Shown one piece after another: positions 44,233-54,143 of a stretch of DNA of 64,000 nt (position 1 is the stretch's first letter; each line of letters starts with the position of its first letter). Origin of the DNA: a virus (Duplodnaviria > Heunggongvirae > Uroviricota > Caudoviricetes); the IMG/VR virus record IMGVR_UViG_2718218201_000002, positions 1-64,000 of that record. One strand, given 5' to 3'. The notes under the pieces were generated by a model that was given only the letters and a program-made list of their open reading frames with translations, was not told the origin of the DNA and ran no database searches. Both the position numbers and the translations under genes were made by a program.

Positions 44233-45987
44233 TTAAAACGGTAAATCATCTAAACATAGTGCATTGTCTACTTTCTCTTGCGCCGACTTAATTGTGAAAT
44301 CTTGAATCAATAACTGTGGTGTGTTTCTACCCTTGTAGCTGTTTACACTAGCTGTACACACCATGTCAATATACACAGTATCTTCCGCAAGGGCGATTTC
44401 ACTCTTTTCATCTTCTGAGATTCTAAACTTAATACAGTCCACACCTTGAACTTGTATTTTTAACGTGCTGCCAGTTTTGCCTATGAAATTGAAATCACTT
44501 TTCTTCATATAAATATTTTTCAAGTAAATAAGTGGCTCATCAATACCATTACACCACATATCTTTTTGTTCAGCTAAATCAAGAATAGCGTTCATATCCA
44601 CAAAGTTTGACCAGATGAAATCAACTTCGTATTCTACATCATCAAAATCAACATTAATCAATTCAGATTCAATTAATGACTGTATCTCTAGCGCATCGTC
44701 TAGTTTAAATTCAACGCCAAACGCATTTGCATGCCCTCTACAAACAAACTTCCCTGTGTCAGTTAAAAACTTGTTTAAGTCTTTAATTGGTGAGTTAGAT
44801 AAATTACGTGCTGAACCTCTAAACAATTCTCCTTTTTGTTTAACTAATAACACTGGTTTATTGTACTCTCTTACTAATTTCATTGCTACTAAACCAGTTA
44901 ATCCGTTATCTTCAATAATGCCACTTGCATTAACAATTAAGATTTTGAATTTATCAGAACCTTTTTCATTGATACGCTCCTTAATCTTTTCCATGACCTC
45001 ATCTTCTTGTTTCTTTTGACGACGTTTTACTGACATGGCTCTGAGATATGCTTCTTCAATAATACTTTGATTTATCTTCTTTCTTGAGTTGTATATCTCG
45101 TAATCAAATTCACACATTCCATGAATAACTTGCTCTACTTCTTCTGGTTTACCCAAGCGGAAAACTGAATTAAAGATTGGTGCAACATTAAAACCAATAT
45201 CAGTAGCATTTAAATCAGTATCTTCCTCCATATTGCCATTTTTTTCAACAACCTTTTTCAATAACTTACTATGAATATTTTGTTTCTTTAATCCACTTCT
45301 CATCATATAATAAGCACCTAAATCAACAGAAAAGTCGGCTCTATCAGCAACTAAACCAATAGCGGCTAAATCAAGTAATTCTTTTGGTTCCTTTAATTCA
45401 TATTTATCACTATATGCTTTACAAAAAAGATAAGTCATAGCTGAACCAGTTAGCCCTTTATTTTCAAATTCTGGTGATAATTGATTGTTTACGATTATAG
45501 CTGGCGTTTCTTCTTCTGACGCTAAATGATGGTCAACCACAATACAATTAATCCCATTATCGTGTAACTGTTTATGTTCATTGAAATCACTTGAACCAGC
45601 GTCTGTAACTATTAATAAATCACCTGATTCAACCTCGGCTAACACTCTGTCAATAAGTATCCCATGTATTTTTCCCTTAGGCATAATTAATTTGATTAAC
45701 TCTTTATCGTATTTAACGTAATTCACTAAATATTTATAAATGATTCCAGCACTTGTTAAACCGTCCATATCAACATCGATAGTCAATGCAATTTTACTTT
45801 TATTTTTAACGTGTTTGTTCAATAGTTCGATAGCTGTTTCAATATTTTTCAGCTTGCTATAATCCGGCATTAAATGACTTTGGGGACTAAGATAACTCTT
45901 TATTAAGTTACTCTTAATCCCCCTGTTCATTAACACCTGTTCGACGCTATTGTCAACACTAACATCACTTTTTAATTTTACTTTCAT
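44233..45987 (-). CDS. RecJ-like DHH/DHHA1 single-strand DNA exonuclease
   Basis: DVDMDGLTSAG (motif I), VVDHH (motif III), CRGHANAFG (DHHA1 GGGH-like). The C-terminus ends DDLPF. Confidence 0.65.
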   Translation of the reverse strand: MKVKLKSDVSVDNSVEQVLMNRGIKSNLIKSYLSPQSHLMPDYSKLKNIETAIELLNKHVKNKSKIALTIDVDMDGLTSAGIIYKYLVNYVKYDKELIKLIMPKGKIHGILIDRVLAEVESGDLLIVTDAGSSDFNEHKQLHDNGINCIVVDHHLASEEETPAIIVNNQLSPEFENKGLTGSAMTYLFCKAYSDKYELKEPKELLDLAAIGLVADRADFSVDLGAYYMMRSGLKKQNIHSKLLKKVVEKNGNMEEDTDLNATDIGFNVAPIFNSVFRLGKPEEVEQVIHGMCEFDYEIYNSRKKINQSIIEEAYLRAMSVKRRQKKQEDEVMEKIKERINEKGSDKFKILIVNASGIIEDNGLTGLVAMKLVREYNKPVLLVKQKGELFRGSARNLSNSPIKDLNKFLTDTGKFVCRGHANAFGVEFKLDDALEIQSLIESELINVDFDDVEYEVDFIWSNFVDMNAILDLAEQKDMWCNGIDEPLIYLKNIYMKKSDFNFIGKTGSTLKIQVQGVDCIKFRISEDEKSEIALAEDTVYIDMVCTASVNSYKGRNTPQLLIQDFTIKSAQEKVDNALCLDDLPF

Positions 45988-47099
45988 GTTTGTGTCTCCT
46001 CTAAGTCTTTCAGTGTTATTAAATGTTTATCTTCTTTCATCATTAATTCTAATTCTTCTTTGTTTAAATCTAATGGGCTCTCTTTAAGCCACAATCTATT
46101 TTTAGTATCGGTTAAATGATACGTTGTGCAATAAGGAGCAAACAGTTTTGCTATTTTTCTAATTTTTTTCATATATTCATCATAGTCAGGAGAATCAACA
46201 ATCATGTATTCTTTATCCATCGCTATAATTACTTCTTCAACTTGTAAATCTAATAGCAAATTAGCTTGATACTTGCTCATATTAGAACCACAAATTGCTA
46301 CTACGAAATTATTGTCGCCATAAAAAGTGTCAGAAAATAGGCATGATTTTTCTCCCTCAACAATCATGACTTTCTTCTTCTTTTTAATAGCTTCTTTGTT
46401 TTGAAATAAACCGTATAAAGAGTATCCTAATGGGTGATTAAATCCTCTATTACCAATGAATGTGGGGATATACTTAGCTTTTTTCACTAAGTCTTTGCGC
46501 CAGTTACGACTACGTATACCAATCAGATTTCCCTCACCATCGAGATGAGGGATAATAGTTTGATTCATTTCAGGATAGAATCTAATCCCGTACTTTTCCA
46601 TAGTTTCAAGGCTTATACCCTCTTCTACCCAAGCACTCGGATACATTTCATCAAAATACTTCATTATACTTTTGTTAATCACATCTAAATCAGGAATGAT
46701 TTGAGATTTAGGTTTGAGTCTATTTAACCAAGCCCAATCGTCAATAAGTTTGACTTCAAGTTGGACACCCTTGACTTTTCTACTAAAGTCAATCTTTCTT
46801 CCTAATATCTCACCTAAAATTTTTATTGCTTGATGAAAGTCAATTTTACTTCCTCGAACTTTATTGACTTTAATAATTAAATCATATATATCAAATGCAC
46901 CACAGTGTGTGTAGCAATAAAAAGTATGTGTATCTGGATAATAGTATAGCTTATGTGAACCACCAGACTTGTTGTGGCAAATTGTTTCTGAAACTATCTC
47001 ACCTTTAGAATTAATATAGTGATTAGCCCCATAGTATGTAAGCACTTTCTGAATTTCTTCTATGTTTAATGTTTCTTTAAATTTATCTTTGTTGAACAT
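45984..47099 (-). CDS. DnaG-like DNA primase (zinc-binding plus TOPRIM)
   Basis: CHNKSGGSH...FYCYTHCG zinc finger. TOPRIM MIVEGEKS...AMDKE. Confidence 0.65.
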   Translation of the reverse strand: MFNKDKFKETLNIEEIQKVLTYYGANHYINSKGEIVSETICHNKSGGSHKLYYYPDTHTFYCYTHCGAFDIYDLIIKVNKVRGSKIDFHQAIKILGEILGRKIDFSRKVKGVQLEVKLIDDWAWLNRLKPKSQIIPDLDVINKSIMKYFDEMYPSAWVEEGISLETMEKYGIRFYPEMNQTIIPHLDGEGNLIGIRSRNWRKDLVKKAKYIPTFIGNRGFNHPLGYSLYGLFQNKEAIKKKKKVMIVEGEKSCLFSDTFYGDNNFVVAICGSNMSKYQANLLLDLQVEEVIIAMDKEYMIVDSPDYDEYMKKIRKIAKLFAPYCTTYHLTDTKNRLWLKESPLDLNKEELELMMKEDKHLITLKDLEETQT

Positions 47100-47114
47100 T
47101 TTTATGTCACCACT

Positions 47115-48674
47115 TTAAAATGGTAATGTTTCTTCTTCTTTTTCTTCCTCTTGAACTAATAATTCAAGCGGTGTAACTTCCATAAGCTCATCTCTATCGT
47201 TAGTCATAAACAAATCTTCCATTCGCATAGTATCAAAATCAACGTAAAGATATAATTTACCTTTATATTTTGAATGACGATTTTTATATATGTGCCAAAT
47301 CATATTAGGTTTCTTGTTTACACCCTTTAAATTAGCCATTACTGCTTCAATTATCTTGTCGTCTTCACTTGTCGGTCTGGTCATAACAATACCTTTTGTA
47401 AATTTATCCGCCATATTCTTTGCACCACGAAGTACATTTTGGTCTAACTTTTTACTATGTATTGCTTCCCCATTTACCTGAGTAGATGTCGAAAGATGAA
47501 TGTTATGCTCTTTAGCAATTTCGGCTAAACCAGCAGCAAAAATACCTAAAATCATATCCTCACGTGTAGTCATACCACGAGTTTTACTTGCCATTTCCAT
47601 CATTACTTGAAAATTTAAATGAATATAATCAAAAAATACGTACTCAACATTATATTGTGTTACATACTTTTTTATGATAGCGTTAATTGTCGTTGGCTCA
47701 AATTGCGGAATGTATTCAATATAAAACGAATTACAATCATTTAATTCTTGAATTGATTCTTCAATGACTCTTACTTCTTCTGTTGATAAATTGTAATCTT
47801 TGATTCGTTCTTCTGGAACACCACTGATATAAGCCCAAATGGTTGGTTCCAACTCCTCTTGTTCCATCTCAGTAGTTATGTATAATACTTTCTCAGATAG
47901 TCCTTTACTTTCCCACTTTCCTGTTTTCCAATTATACCACTTTGTGATTGCTAAATCGGTTGCCTCTCCTAAAGATGTACGTGATTTAAAGGTGTTAGTG
48001 GAAGCTGAACGTAACATGGAAGCACCTAATAACTGACCTCTAAATATTTTATTTTGTAATTTTCCACAAGTTGAGACACCATATTGTGGCTCTTCTTTAA
48101 AACTGTTGAATAGTTGTAAACCATTTTCACCAGCAACTCCACCTTCAGTTTCATAACCAATTTTAAATTTACTAGCAAACTCGTTCACAATTTTTTCATA
48201 ATGCTCTATAATATCATCAACACTTAAATGTTCAAATCTGTTTTGTAACTCTGTATTTTCTTCATCATCATCTGACGATTCATAAACATCTTCAAGTCCA
48301 AATCCTAAGCTCACTGCTTCTCTTAAAATAGTAAATTTACGAATTCGTGTTGCATGACGGTGATATGAATCTGGACTCCCTAAAGTCGAAATAATATTAT
48401 ACAAGAATTCAACACCGTCATTTTGGGTGAATATTTTATATGGCTCGTCATAATGACTTAAAAATTCATCGACGGCAGCTGGAGTAATTTCTTCTCTCAT
48501 GCCGTCCATAAACAGATTAGCTATCGCTGAGTAAATAATGTAATAAAACTTACTTTCTCCTCTAGCCATAAAATCATTCTTATCTAGCTTAATTTTACTT
48601 TCCTCAATCAATGTGGGCTTTTTCATTAAACAAGCTAAAGCACTACACATGTTTGAGTTAGGGAACAAGTCCAT
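47115..48674 (-). CDS. DnaB-family replicative helicase (Walker A degenerate)
   Basis: DnaB N-terminal domain-like start. RecA-like core with FFDYIHLNF...TTREDMILGIFAAGLAEIAKEHNIHLSTSTQVN. The C-terminus ends ETLPF. Confidence 0.5.
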   Translation of the reverse strand: MDLFPNSNMCSALACLMKKPTLIEESKIKLDKNDFMARGESKFYYIIYSAIANLFMDGMREEITPAAVDEFLSHYDEPYKIFTQNDGVEFLYNIISTLGSPDSYHRHATRIRKFTILREAVSLGFGLEDVYESSDDDEENTELQNRFEHLSVDDIIEHYEKIVNEFASKFKIGYETEGGVAGENGLQLFNSFKEEPQYGVSTCGKLQNKIFRGQLLGASMLRSASTNTFKSRTSLGEATDLAITKWYNWKTGKWESKGLSEKVLYITTEMEQEELEPTIWAYISGVPEERIKDYNLSTEEVRVIEESIQELNDCNSFYIEYIPQFEPTTINAIIKKYVTQYNVEYVFFDYIHLNFQVMMEMASKTRGMTTREDMILGIFAAGLAEIAKEHNIHLSTSTQVNGEAIHSKKLDQNVLRGAKNMADKFTKGIVMTRPTSEDDKIIEAVMANLKGVNKKPNMIWHIYKNRHSKYKGKLYLYVDFDTMRMEDLFMTNDRDELMEVTPLELLVQEEEKEEETLPF

Positions 48675-48687
48675 CTATCCACTTCCT

Positions 48688-49197
48688 CTACAATTCATTT
48701 AAATCAAATTTTCGCTTTTTATTCTTTTTTACTTTTTTAACAACAACTTCTTTTACTTCTTCTTTTTCTTTCACTTCTGTGTTTTGTATTCGAACTAGGT
48801 TGCGGTAAAAGTTAGCCGCTTCGTCATAAATGTATGGAAGAATCCCAATACCTTTTGAATTTCTAGTAGAATTATTTTTTATAACATAGAAATATTGCAA
48901 AGCCATATGAATTGCTTTATATCTATAATTGTATGGTGCGTTATGATAAGTTTGAATTTGTTTTAAAACAAGTCCAGAGGGCTTATCAGTATTAAATAAA
49001 GTGCATATATACTCGATTAATTCTTTATATTCTTCTTTTTCTTGTAATTTGCGTTTTTCTTCTTCGTTCTGCTTGTTAATAAATTGTTCTCTACACGATT
49101 CATGCCAGTATCTTCTACCAACTTTAATCATGTTTTCTTTATTGTCTTGCTGCTCACAAAACGGGCATTTAACAGTGTTAGCCATATAGTTCACCAA
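48688..49197 (-). CDS. hypothetical Zn-ribbon protein (possible helicase loader)
   Basis: CPFCEQQ...HESC, then a K/E-rich tail. Confidence 0.35.
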   Translation of the reverse strand: MVNYMANTVKCPFCEQQDNKENMIKVGRRYWHESCREQFINKQNEEEKRKLQEKEEYKELIEYICTLFNTDKPSGLVLKQIQTYHNAPYNYRYKAIHMALQYFYVIKNNSTRNSKGIGILPYIYDEAANFYRNLVRIQNTEVKEKEEVKEVVVKKVKKNKKRKFDLNEL

Positions 49198-49253
49198 CTT
49201 ACTTTAGAGTAAGTCTCAGCGGTGTAGCGATTCCACTGAGACCTTTGTGAGTT

Positions 49254-50228
49254 TTATTCAGACTTTAGCTTATCTGTTAAGTCATCAACAATAACAGTCA
49301 TTGCTTCTGTTTGTTTCTCCCTTAATTCATTTACCTTAGTACCTTCACCAAAAGTATCGTCCATTACCTCAGTAAATTCATCTAGGCGTCCAGCTTCCAT
49401 ATATGCTTTACCTAAACCAATTAATTTCTCCTGTAATTCACCAAAGTTAAGTTTCTCTGAGCTAGTATTCTCAACAAATTCTTCATACGTAACTGCCTTA
49501 CCACCCGCTTGTTCTGCACGTTCTACGCCTATACGCACAGCTTCTTCAAGATTTTCAGCAGTAAATGGTTCAATCACATTAGGCATTAAGTCAAAGCGTG
49601 AACGTGCAAAGTATTCATCTGTTTCACGAACATAACCGGTAGACAAGATTACATTTCCCTCGTCATCTACGCCATTCGTTTTCAAATATACGATAACATC
49701 GGCTAAATCACGTACAGTTCCCATTGAACGAATATCTCCCGCTGGCTGAACTTTACCGTTTTCGTCCATCTTCTCGTGTCCGATAAATACAACTGTGTAT
49801 CCTACAGAAGTTAATTTATCAATTTCTCCCCAGAACTCTTCCTTATATTGTTGCCACAATCCGTAACCGCCGTTCCCGCTAGCCACATCGGCTGCACCAT
49901 GTTGATTAGCTACATATCTTTGACAATAAATAGCGGCAATATCGACTGTATCAAAAATAATTGTATCGTATGTTGCACGTGCTTTTTCAACTTCTTTACC
50001 AGTCAATTGCTTATTAATCTTTTTAAAATCTGACCATTTAGTTACATAATGAAAAGGAATACCAGAAATCGCATTCAAACCTTTTTCAAAACCTAAGTAG
50101 AATGGCTTACTCATTGCAGCCGCTTGTTTAGTTTTACCTGATGAGTTTTGACCGTATAATAAAAACGATTTACCTTCTAAACCTTTCGGAATTACTGAAA
50201 TAGTTGGGTTAAAAATATCTAATGACAT
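49254..50228 (-). CDS. Sak4-like RecA-fold ATPase (AAA_24 family)
   Basis: Walker A YGQNSSGKT. Walker B IIFDTVD. 324 aa. Confidence 0.6.
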   Translation of the reverse strand: MSLDIFNPTISVIPKGLEGKSFLLYGQNSSGKTKQAAAMSKPFYLGFEKGLNAISGIPFHYVTKWSDFKKINKQLTGKEVEKARATYDTIIFDTVDIAAIYCQRYVANQHGAADVASGNGGYGLWQQYKEEFWGEIDKLTSVGYTVVFIGHEKMDENGKVQPAGDIRSMGTVRDLADVIVYLKTNGVDDEGNVILSTGYVRETDEYFARSRFDLMPNVIEPFTAENLEEAVRIGVERAEQAGGKAVTYEEFVENTSSEKLNFGELQEKLIGLGKAYMEAGRLDEFTEVMDDTFGEGTKVNELREKQTEAMTVIVDDLTDKLKSE

Positions 50229-50252
50229 GTATAAATCTCTCCTAATTAAAAA

Positions 50253-50447
50253 TTATTTTTTTGTTTTATTATTAATTCGTTTACTCCAATGCTTTGGTCG
50301 ATATGCATATAGTATGTCAATTAAATTATTTTCTTCATAATAATTTAAAAACTCTTTAATTCTCTTATTCTTTCTATATAAATAAATTGTTGCATCTTGG
50401 TACATCAAATTATATATGGTATACTCTATGATTACCACCGCATTCAA
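50253..50447 (-). CDS. hypothetical small protein
   Basis: 64 aa. Confidence 0.25.
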   Translation of the reverse strand: MNAVVIIEYTIYNLMYQDATIYLYRKNKRIKEFLNYYEENNLIDILYAYRPKHWSKRINNKTKK

Positions 50448-50582
50448 AAGTATGTATGTATTTCTTATCTTTCAACTTATAAATATTGGATACACTTTCT
50501 TTATATCCTTAATTTTAGCAAGGCAAGAATTATCCCGCCTCGCTATTTCTCTATATTCTATCAATTAATTTATTTCTTTTGA

Positions 50583-51533
50583 TTAGAAAGGTAAATCTTC
50601 ATCAGTTAAAGTTGAAGTATTTGTTGTTGTCGATTTCTTAACAATATTAACTCCTTTTTTAACCTCTTGCTTTTTCTTCTCTTGAGAAGCTGATTGACGC
50701 TCTACTTTATAGTCTTCATACTTCTTCATAGCATCTTTCATTTCTTCAGTAGTGATGTATCCAACTGATTCTTCATCTTCTGCCGGAGAGGCACCTTCAA
50801 CTAGAATACGATTCTCAATTTCACGTTTAGTATCCACAATTGGTTTACCAATACCAGCTGGGTTAGGACGTTCTACTTGTTTAAGAATATATTTGTTAAT
50901 CCACTGCCCGTTAATAGTTAAGGTCATACCTTTTTCAAGATTATCTTCTAACCATTCAGCGACACCATATTCGTCAGTCGCTTCAACTTCAAAAGGTTGA
51001 GCCATACCACGTTGAATAGCTGCTACTTTGAATCTTACGCTGTCTGTTTCATCTCCATCTTTATTGGTAACACGAGTAGCACTTGATAAAGCAAATGTTT
51101 GGAAAACAAATTCAACACCGTAATCTTCTTTTTTAGCGTTACGTCGAGACACAAAATTAGCTTGAATTGTTGGCATCTCTACTAATTTACCATCACGTCC
51201 TTGATACACATTGTTTTCAATATGTCCATTAATACCAATAACAGTTGGACTAACGTCTTGTAAGTTTTTCTCTGCAATGTCTTTGAGGCTTACATACTCA
51301 TCTTGCATAGTCTCAATAGCTTTATAAGCCTTATTCTCTTCTTTTTTGCCATCGTTCTCAAAGTATTCCATAGCTGACATTCTAGCTCTATGTACTTCTC
51401 CTTCTCCTGTTTGTACAGAGATATTTGCCATTTTCATTGGAACGCCTTTTTTAGTTGTAATTTCTCGTACCTCTAATTCTTTAAGCTCTCCTAAAACCGT
51501 CACTTTGTTTTCATATCGTTTGTTTTCAGCCAT
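50583..51533 (-). CDS. putative single-stranded DNA-binding protein with an SSB-type acidic C-terminal tail (DEDLPF)
   Basis: 316 aa. The C-terminal ...TDEDLPF resembles the SSB-Ct (D-D-D-I/L-P-F). It is positioned next to Sak4. Confidence 0.4.
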   Translation of the reverse strand: MAENKRYENKVTVLGELKELEVREITTKKGVPMKMANISVQTGEGEVHRARMSAMEYFENDGKKEENKAYKAIETMQDEYVSLKDIAEKNLQDVSPTVIGINGHIENNVYQGRDGKLVEMPTIQANFVSRRNAKKEDYGVEFVFQTFALSSATRVTNKDGDETDSVRFKVAAIQRGMAQPFEVEATDEYGVAEWLEDNLEKGMTLTINGQWINKYILKQVERPNPAGIGKPIVDTKREIENRILVEGASPAEDEESVGYITTEEMKDAMKKYEDYKVERQSASQEKKKQEVKKGVNIVKKSTTTNTSTLTDEDLPF

Positions 51534-51587
51534 ATTATTATTCTCTCCTATGTAATGTAATTTAATTTATTTTTATTAATTTTAAAC

Positions 51588-52223
51588 TTATAATTTCTTC
51601 AATTTCTCTTGTAGTTTTTCGTTATTTAAAGAATTTTTTAAGTATTCATTTGTATCCGTTGGAACAAATTTCTGCTCAAATAATTCATCACTATAACGCT
51701 CTTTGTGCTCAAATGAATCTGACAATTCTTTCTCTTTTTCATACCCTAAACTATCAATAACTGGTTCATCGTAATAATCTAATGTGATTCCATTAGGTGC
51801 TAAAAAAGCATCGTTCAAACAATCAATTGTAACTTGTGAGCCTTTGAAGTCAACTAATGTTGAGTTTGAATTTAACAACGCATTCATTACATTAGCAATG
51901 TCCTGTTCGTTCAAACCAGAATATTTGTTAGAAGTCACTTTATAATTAGATGTAATAACTACGTTACCATAAGCAACTTCAAATTCGTTAATTAGCATAT
52001 TAGGTGTAACATTAGATAACCTCGTACCTTTAAATGCTAATCCCTCTTCATCTAACACAACTTCTTGTGGGTCAGCAATCCAAACGGTATAGTCACCAAC
52101 TTGTCTTGCTAATGCTGGTGCACCAATCTCTTGTTGAATAAAAGTGTCAGGATTACTAACTGATTTAACCGAAACTTCAATAAATCTGTTTGATTGCTTA
52201 GGTTTAATAATTAAATATTTCAA
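51588..52223 (-). CDS. hypothetical protein
   Basis: 211 aa. Confidence 0.4.
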   Translation of the reverse strand: MKYLIIKPKQSNRFIEVSVKSVSNPDTFIQQEIGAPALARQVGDYTVWIADPQEVVLDEEGLAFKGTRLSNVTPNMLINEFEVAYGNVVITSNYKVTSNKYSGLNEQDIANVMNALLNSNSTLVDFKGSQVTIDCLNDAFLAPNGITLDYYDEPVIDSLGYEKEKELSDSFEHKERYSDELFEQKFVPTDTNEYLKNSLNNEKLQEKLKKL

Positions 52224-52236
52224 CTCTACCCTCTCC

Positions 52237-52710
52237 TTATTTTTTCAACACAGTATAAGTGCCGTAATCAACTGATGTAATCTTCTTAAACTCGTTGATA
52301 ATTTCGTTTACTGGGTCATTAGTTGTAAAACTATGCACACCATTCTTACTAATAATAGAGTCAGCATATGAGACAAAATTTTTAAACTTCTCAATCTTAG
52401 AAGCAATGGTTGTATCATAACGAGTGTGGTTAGATACATCAACGGCTTCTTCAACGTCGGCTATTTCCTCAATGTCGCTGTCAATTAAATCTGTTTCTGT
52501 TTCGTCTTCACCGGCAATGTCATAAATGTCGTCCTCTAAGAGGTATAATTCCTCAGAATCTTTAACATTTTCAATCGCTAACTCTTTTTCGAGCAATAGC
52601 TTTAACTCGTTTAATGCTTTTTCTCGCATTTCTAACAAGAAGTCAAAAACATCACCAGCAAAATCAAATGTTTCACTTTCTACGAAAACGTTTAATGTTT
52701 TTAAATCCAT
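52237..52710 (-). CDS. hypothetical highly acidic protein
   Basis: 157 aa, D/E-rich. Confidence 0.4.
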   Translation of the reverse strand: MDLKTLNVFVESETFDFAGDVFDFLLEMREKALNELKLLLEKELAIENVKDSEELYLLEDDIYDIAGEDETETDLIDSDIEEIADVEEAVDVSNHTRYDTTIASKIEKFKNFVSYADSIISKNGVHSFTTNDPVNEIINEFKKITSVDYGTYTVLKK

Positions 52711-52739
52711 ATTTTCTCTTTCCTTTCATCATAATAGAA

Positions 52740-53045
52740 TCAAAGTAATTCAATAGTAGTTGTATACTCTTTATCTCGTGTAACTGGAGGAGTATTAACA
52801 TCAATATCAAACTCAATAACAGTTGAATTTCCTCCATCTTTACTCAAGTTATGAGCAATAATATGCTTCTTAATCAACTCGTATACACTTTCTATTGCTT
52901 CTTCCTTAATTGCTTCAAGCTCTTTATCTTTCAATTTCTTAAAAGATTTGTCTCGTGTAATTCTGACACTGTAATGAGCCAAAACATTTCCCCTTTCATT
53001 TAATTTATTTCTTGTAATTTGAGTAATTACAATTTCATAATACAA
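52740..53045 (-). CDS. hypothetical small protein; annotated start probably too far upstream
   Basis: The motif and RBS (AAGAAATAAATTAAATGAAAGGGGAAAT) lie inside the predicted ORF. An in-frame TTG near 52990 is more plausible. Confidence 0.3.
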   Translation of the reverse strand: MYYEIVITQITRNKLNERGNVLAHYSVRITRDKSFKKLKDKELEAIKEEAIESVYELIKKHIIAHNLSKDGGNSTVIEFDIDVNTPPVTRDKEYTTTIELL

Positions 53046-53056
53046 TCACAAATATG

Positions 53057-53085
53057 ATTATACTATCAAATTGGAATTACGTCAA
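53057..53085 (-). promoter_or_regulatory. sigma-A-like promoter TTGACG-17-TATAAT
   Basis: Minus strand reads TTGACGTAATTCCAATTTGATAGTATAAT, preceded by the GGAAATAAATTAATAAAAATCA motif copy. Confidence 0.55.
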
Positions 53086-53129
53086 TGATTTTTATTAATT
53101 TATTTCCTTTAATTTGCCCTAATAACTTT

Positions 53130-54143
53130 TTAGGGCTTATTCACTATTACTACTCCATATAATTCTTGCAAAGCATCTGTATACTGTTCACTAAACCTAG
53201 CAACCGTATAAGATAAGGAATTTTTAAAAATATGCCTATTATATCTTCTCATTACTTTTTCTATTTTTATGAAATCTAATTTTCCTTTTTCTGATAGCAA
53301 GTACATATAATGTAATATACCAGAATCAATGACGTTAGTGACGCTTGAGATATAATTATTAGTTAAATCTTGTAACACCCTTATTCGTCTGTATACTACT
53401 TGCTTATCAATTTGTTCTGTTGTGGTATCAGTAAACTCGACATTTCTAAAAATATGGTTTCCACTTATCACTTCTTTTGCAGGTGTTCTAGAACTAGGGT
53501 CACCATTCTTGGTATAATAGATTGTGGCTTTATACGAGCTCTCCATGTCGTCTAACAATAGTTCAGGCACTTCGACATAGCGTTCAATTGTTTCACTTTT
53601 TTTGTCATTTAAAAGTTTTAATTTATAATATTGCTCATTATTAGCAACATGCGTTGGATTATTTCTGGCTTCTTTAACATCTTCAATGGTTAAATTGATT
53701 AACTCACTATAAGCTGTTCCAGAAATACCATGAAAAATTGCTGAAATTAATGCTCTATCACTAGCATTATAGAAACTACTAACATGCAATAAGAATTTTT
53801 CGTACGTGAAAAATTTTTGTTTATGTTTGTACACAAACTTATCAATCTTGTCGTACGTAAACATTCTAAATAAGTTAATGTTAGACAGCCTATCCCCTCT
53901 TTCAATTGCATAGTCAGTATATTTTTTAGCAAATGTTAAATAAGTTAATAAAGTGTTCTTACTGGACGAATAGATGTTGTAAAGCAAAATTTCTATTTCC
54001 GTAGTAGTAAAATTATACAAATCAGTATCGAACTGTTGCTCTACTTTACTACTATTGTTGAACAACGCAGTATATACTCTTACTTCATTTTCACGCTCTA
54101 AAGATTGCAAGAACTGCTTTTTATACAAGCTATTATAAAACAT
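53130..54143 (-). CDS. hypothetical protein
   Basis: 337 aa. Its ATG overlaps the stop of the upstream ParB-like gene. Confidence 0.45.
   Translation of the reverse strand: MFYNSLYKKQFLQSLERENEVRVYTALFNNSSKVEQQFDTDLYNFTTTEIEILLYNIYSSSKNTLLTYLTFAKKYTDYAIERGDRLSNINLFRMFTYDKIDKFVYKHKQKFFTYEKFLLHVSSFYNASDRALISAIFHGISGTAYSELINLTIEDVKEARNNPTHVANNEQYYKLKLLNDKKSETIERYVEVPELLLDDMESSYKATIYYTKNGDPSSRTPAKEVISGNHIFRNVEFTDTTTEQIDKQVVYRRIRVLQDLTNNYISSVTNVIDSGILHYMYLLSEKGKLDFIKIEKVMRRYNRHIFKNSLSYTVARFSEQYTDALQELYGVVIVNKP

Noticed and set aside
53747-53932. 61-aa ORF nested in-strand within the 337-aa gene.
   Set aside because: It lies in a different frame inside a longer, better-supported ORF with no independent RBS.
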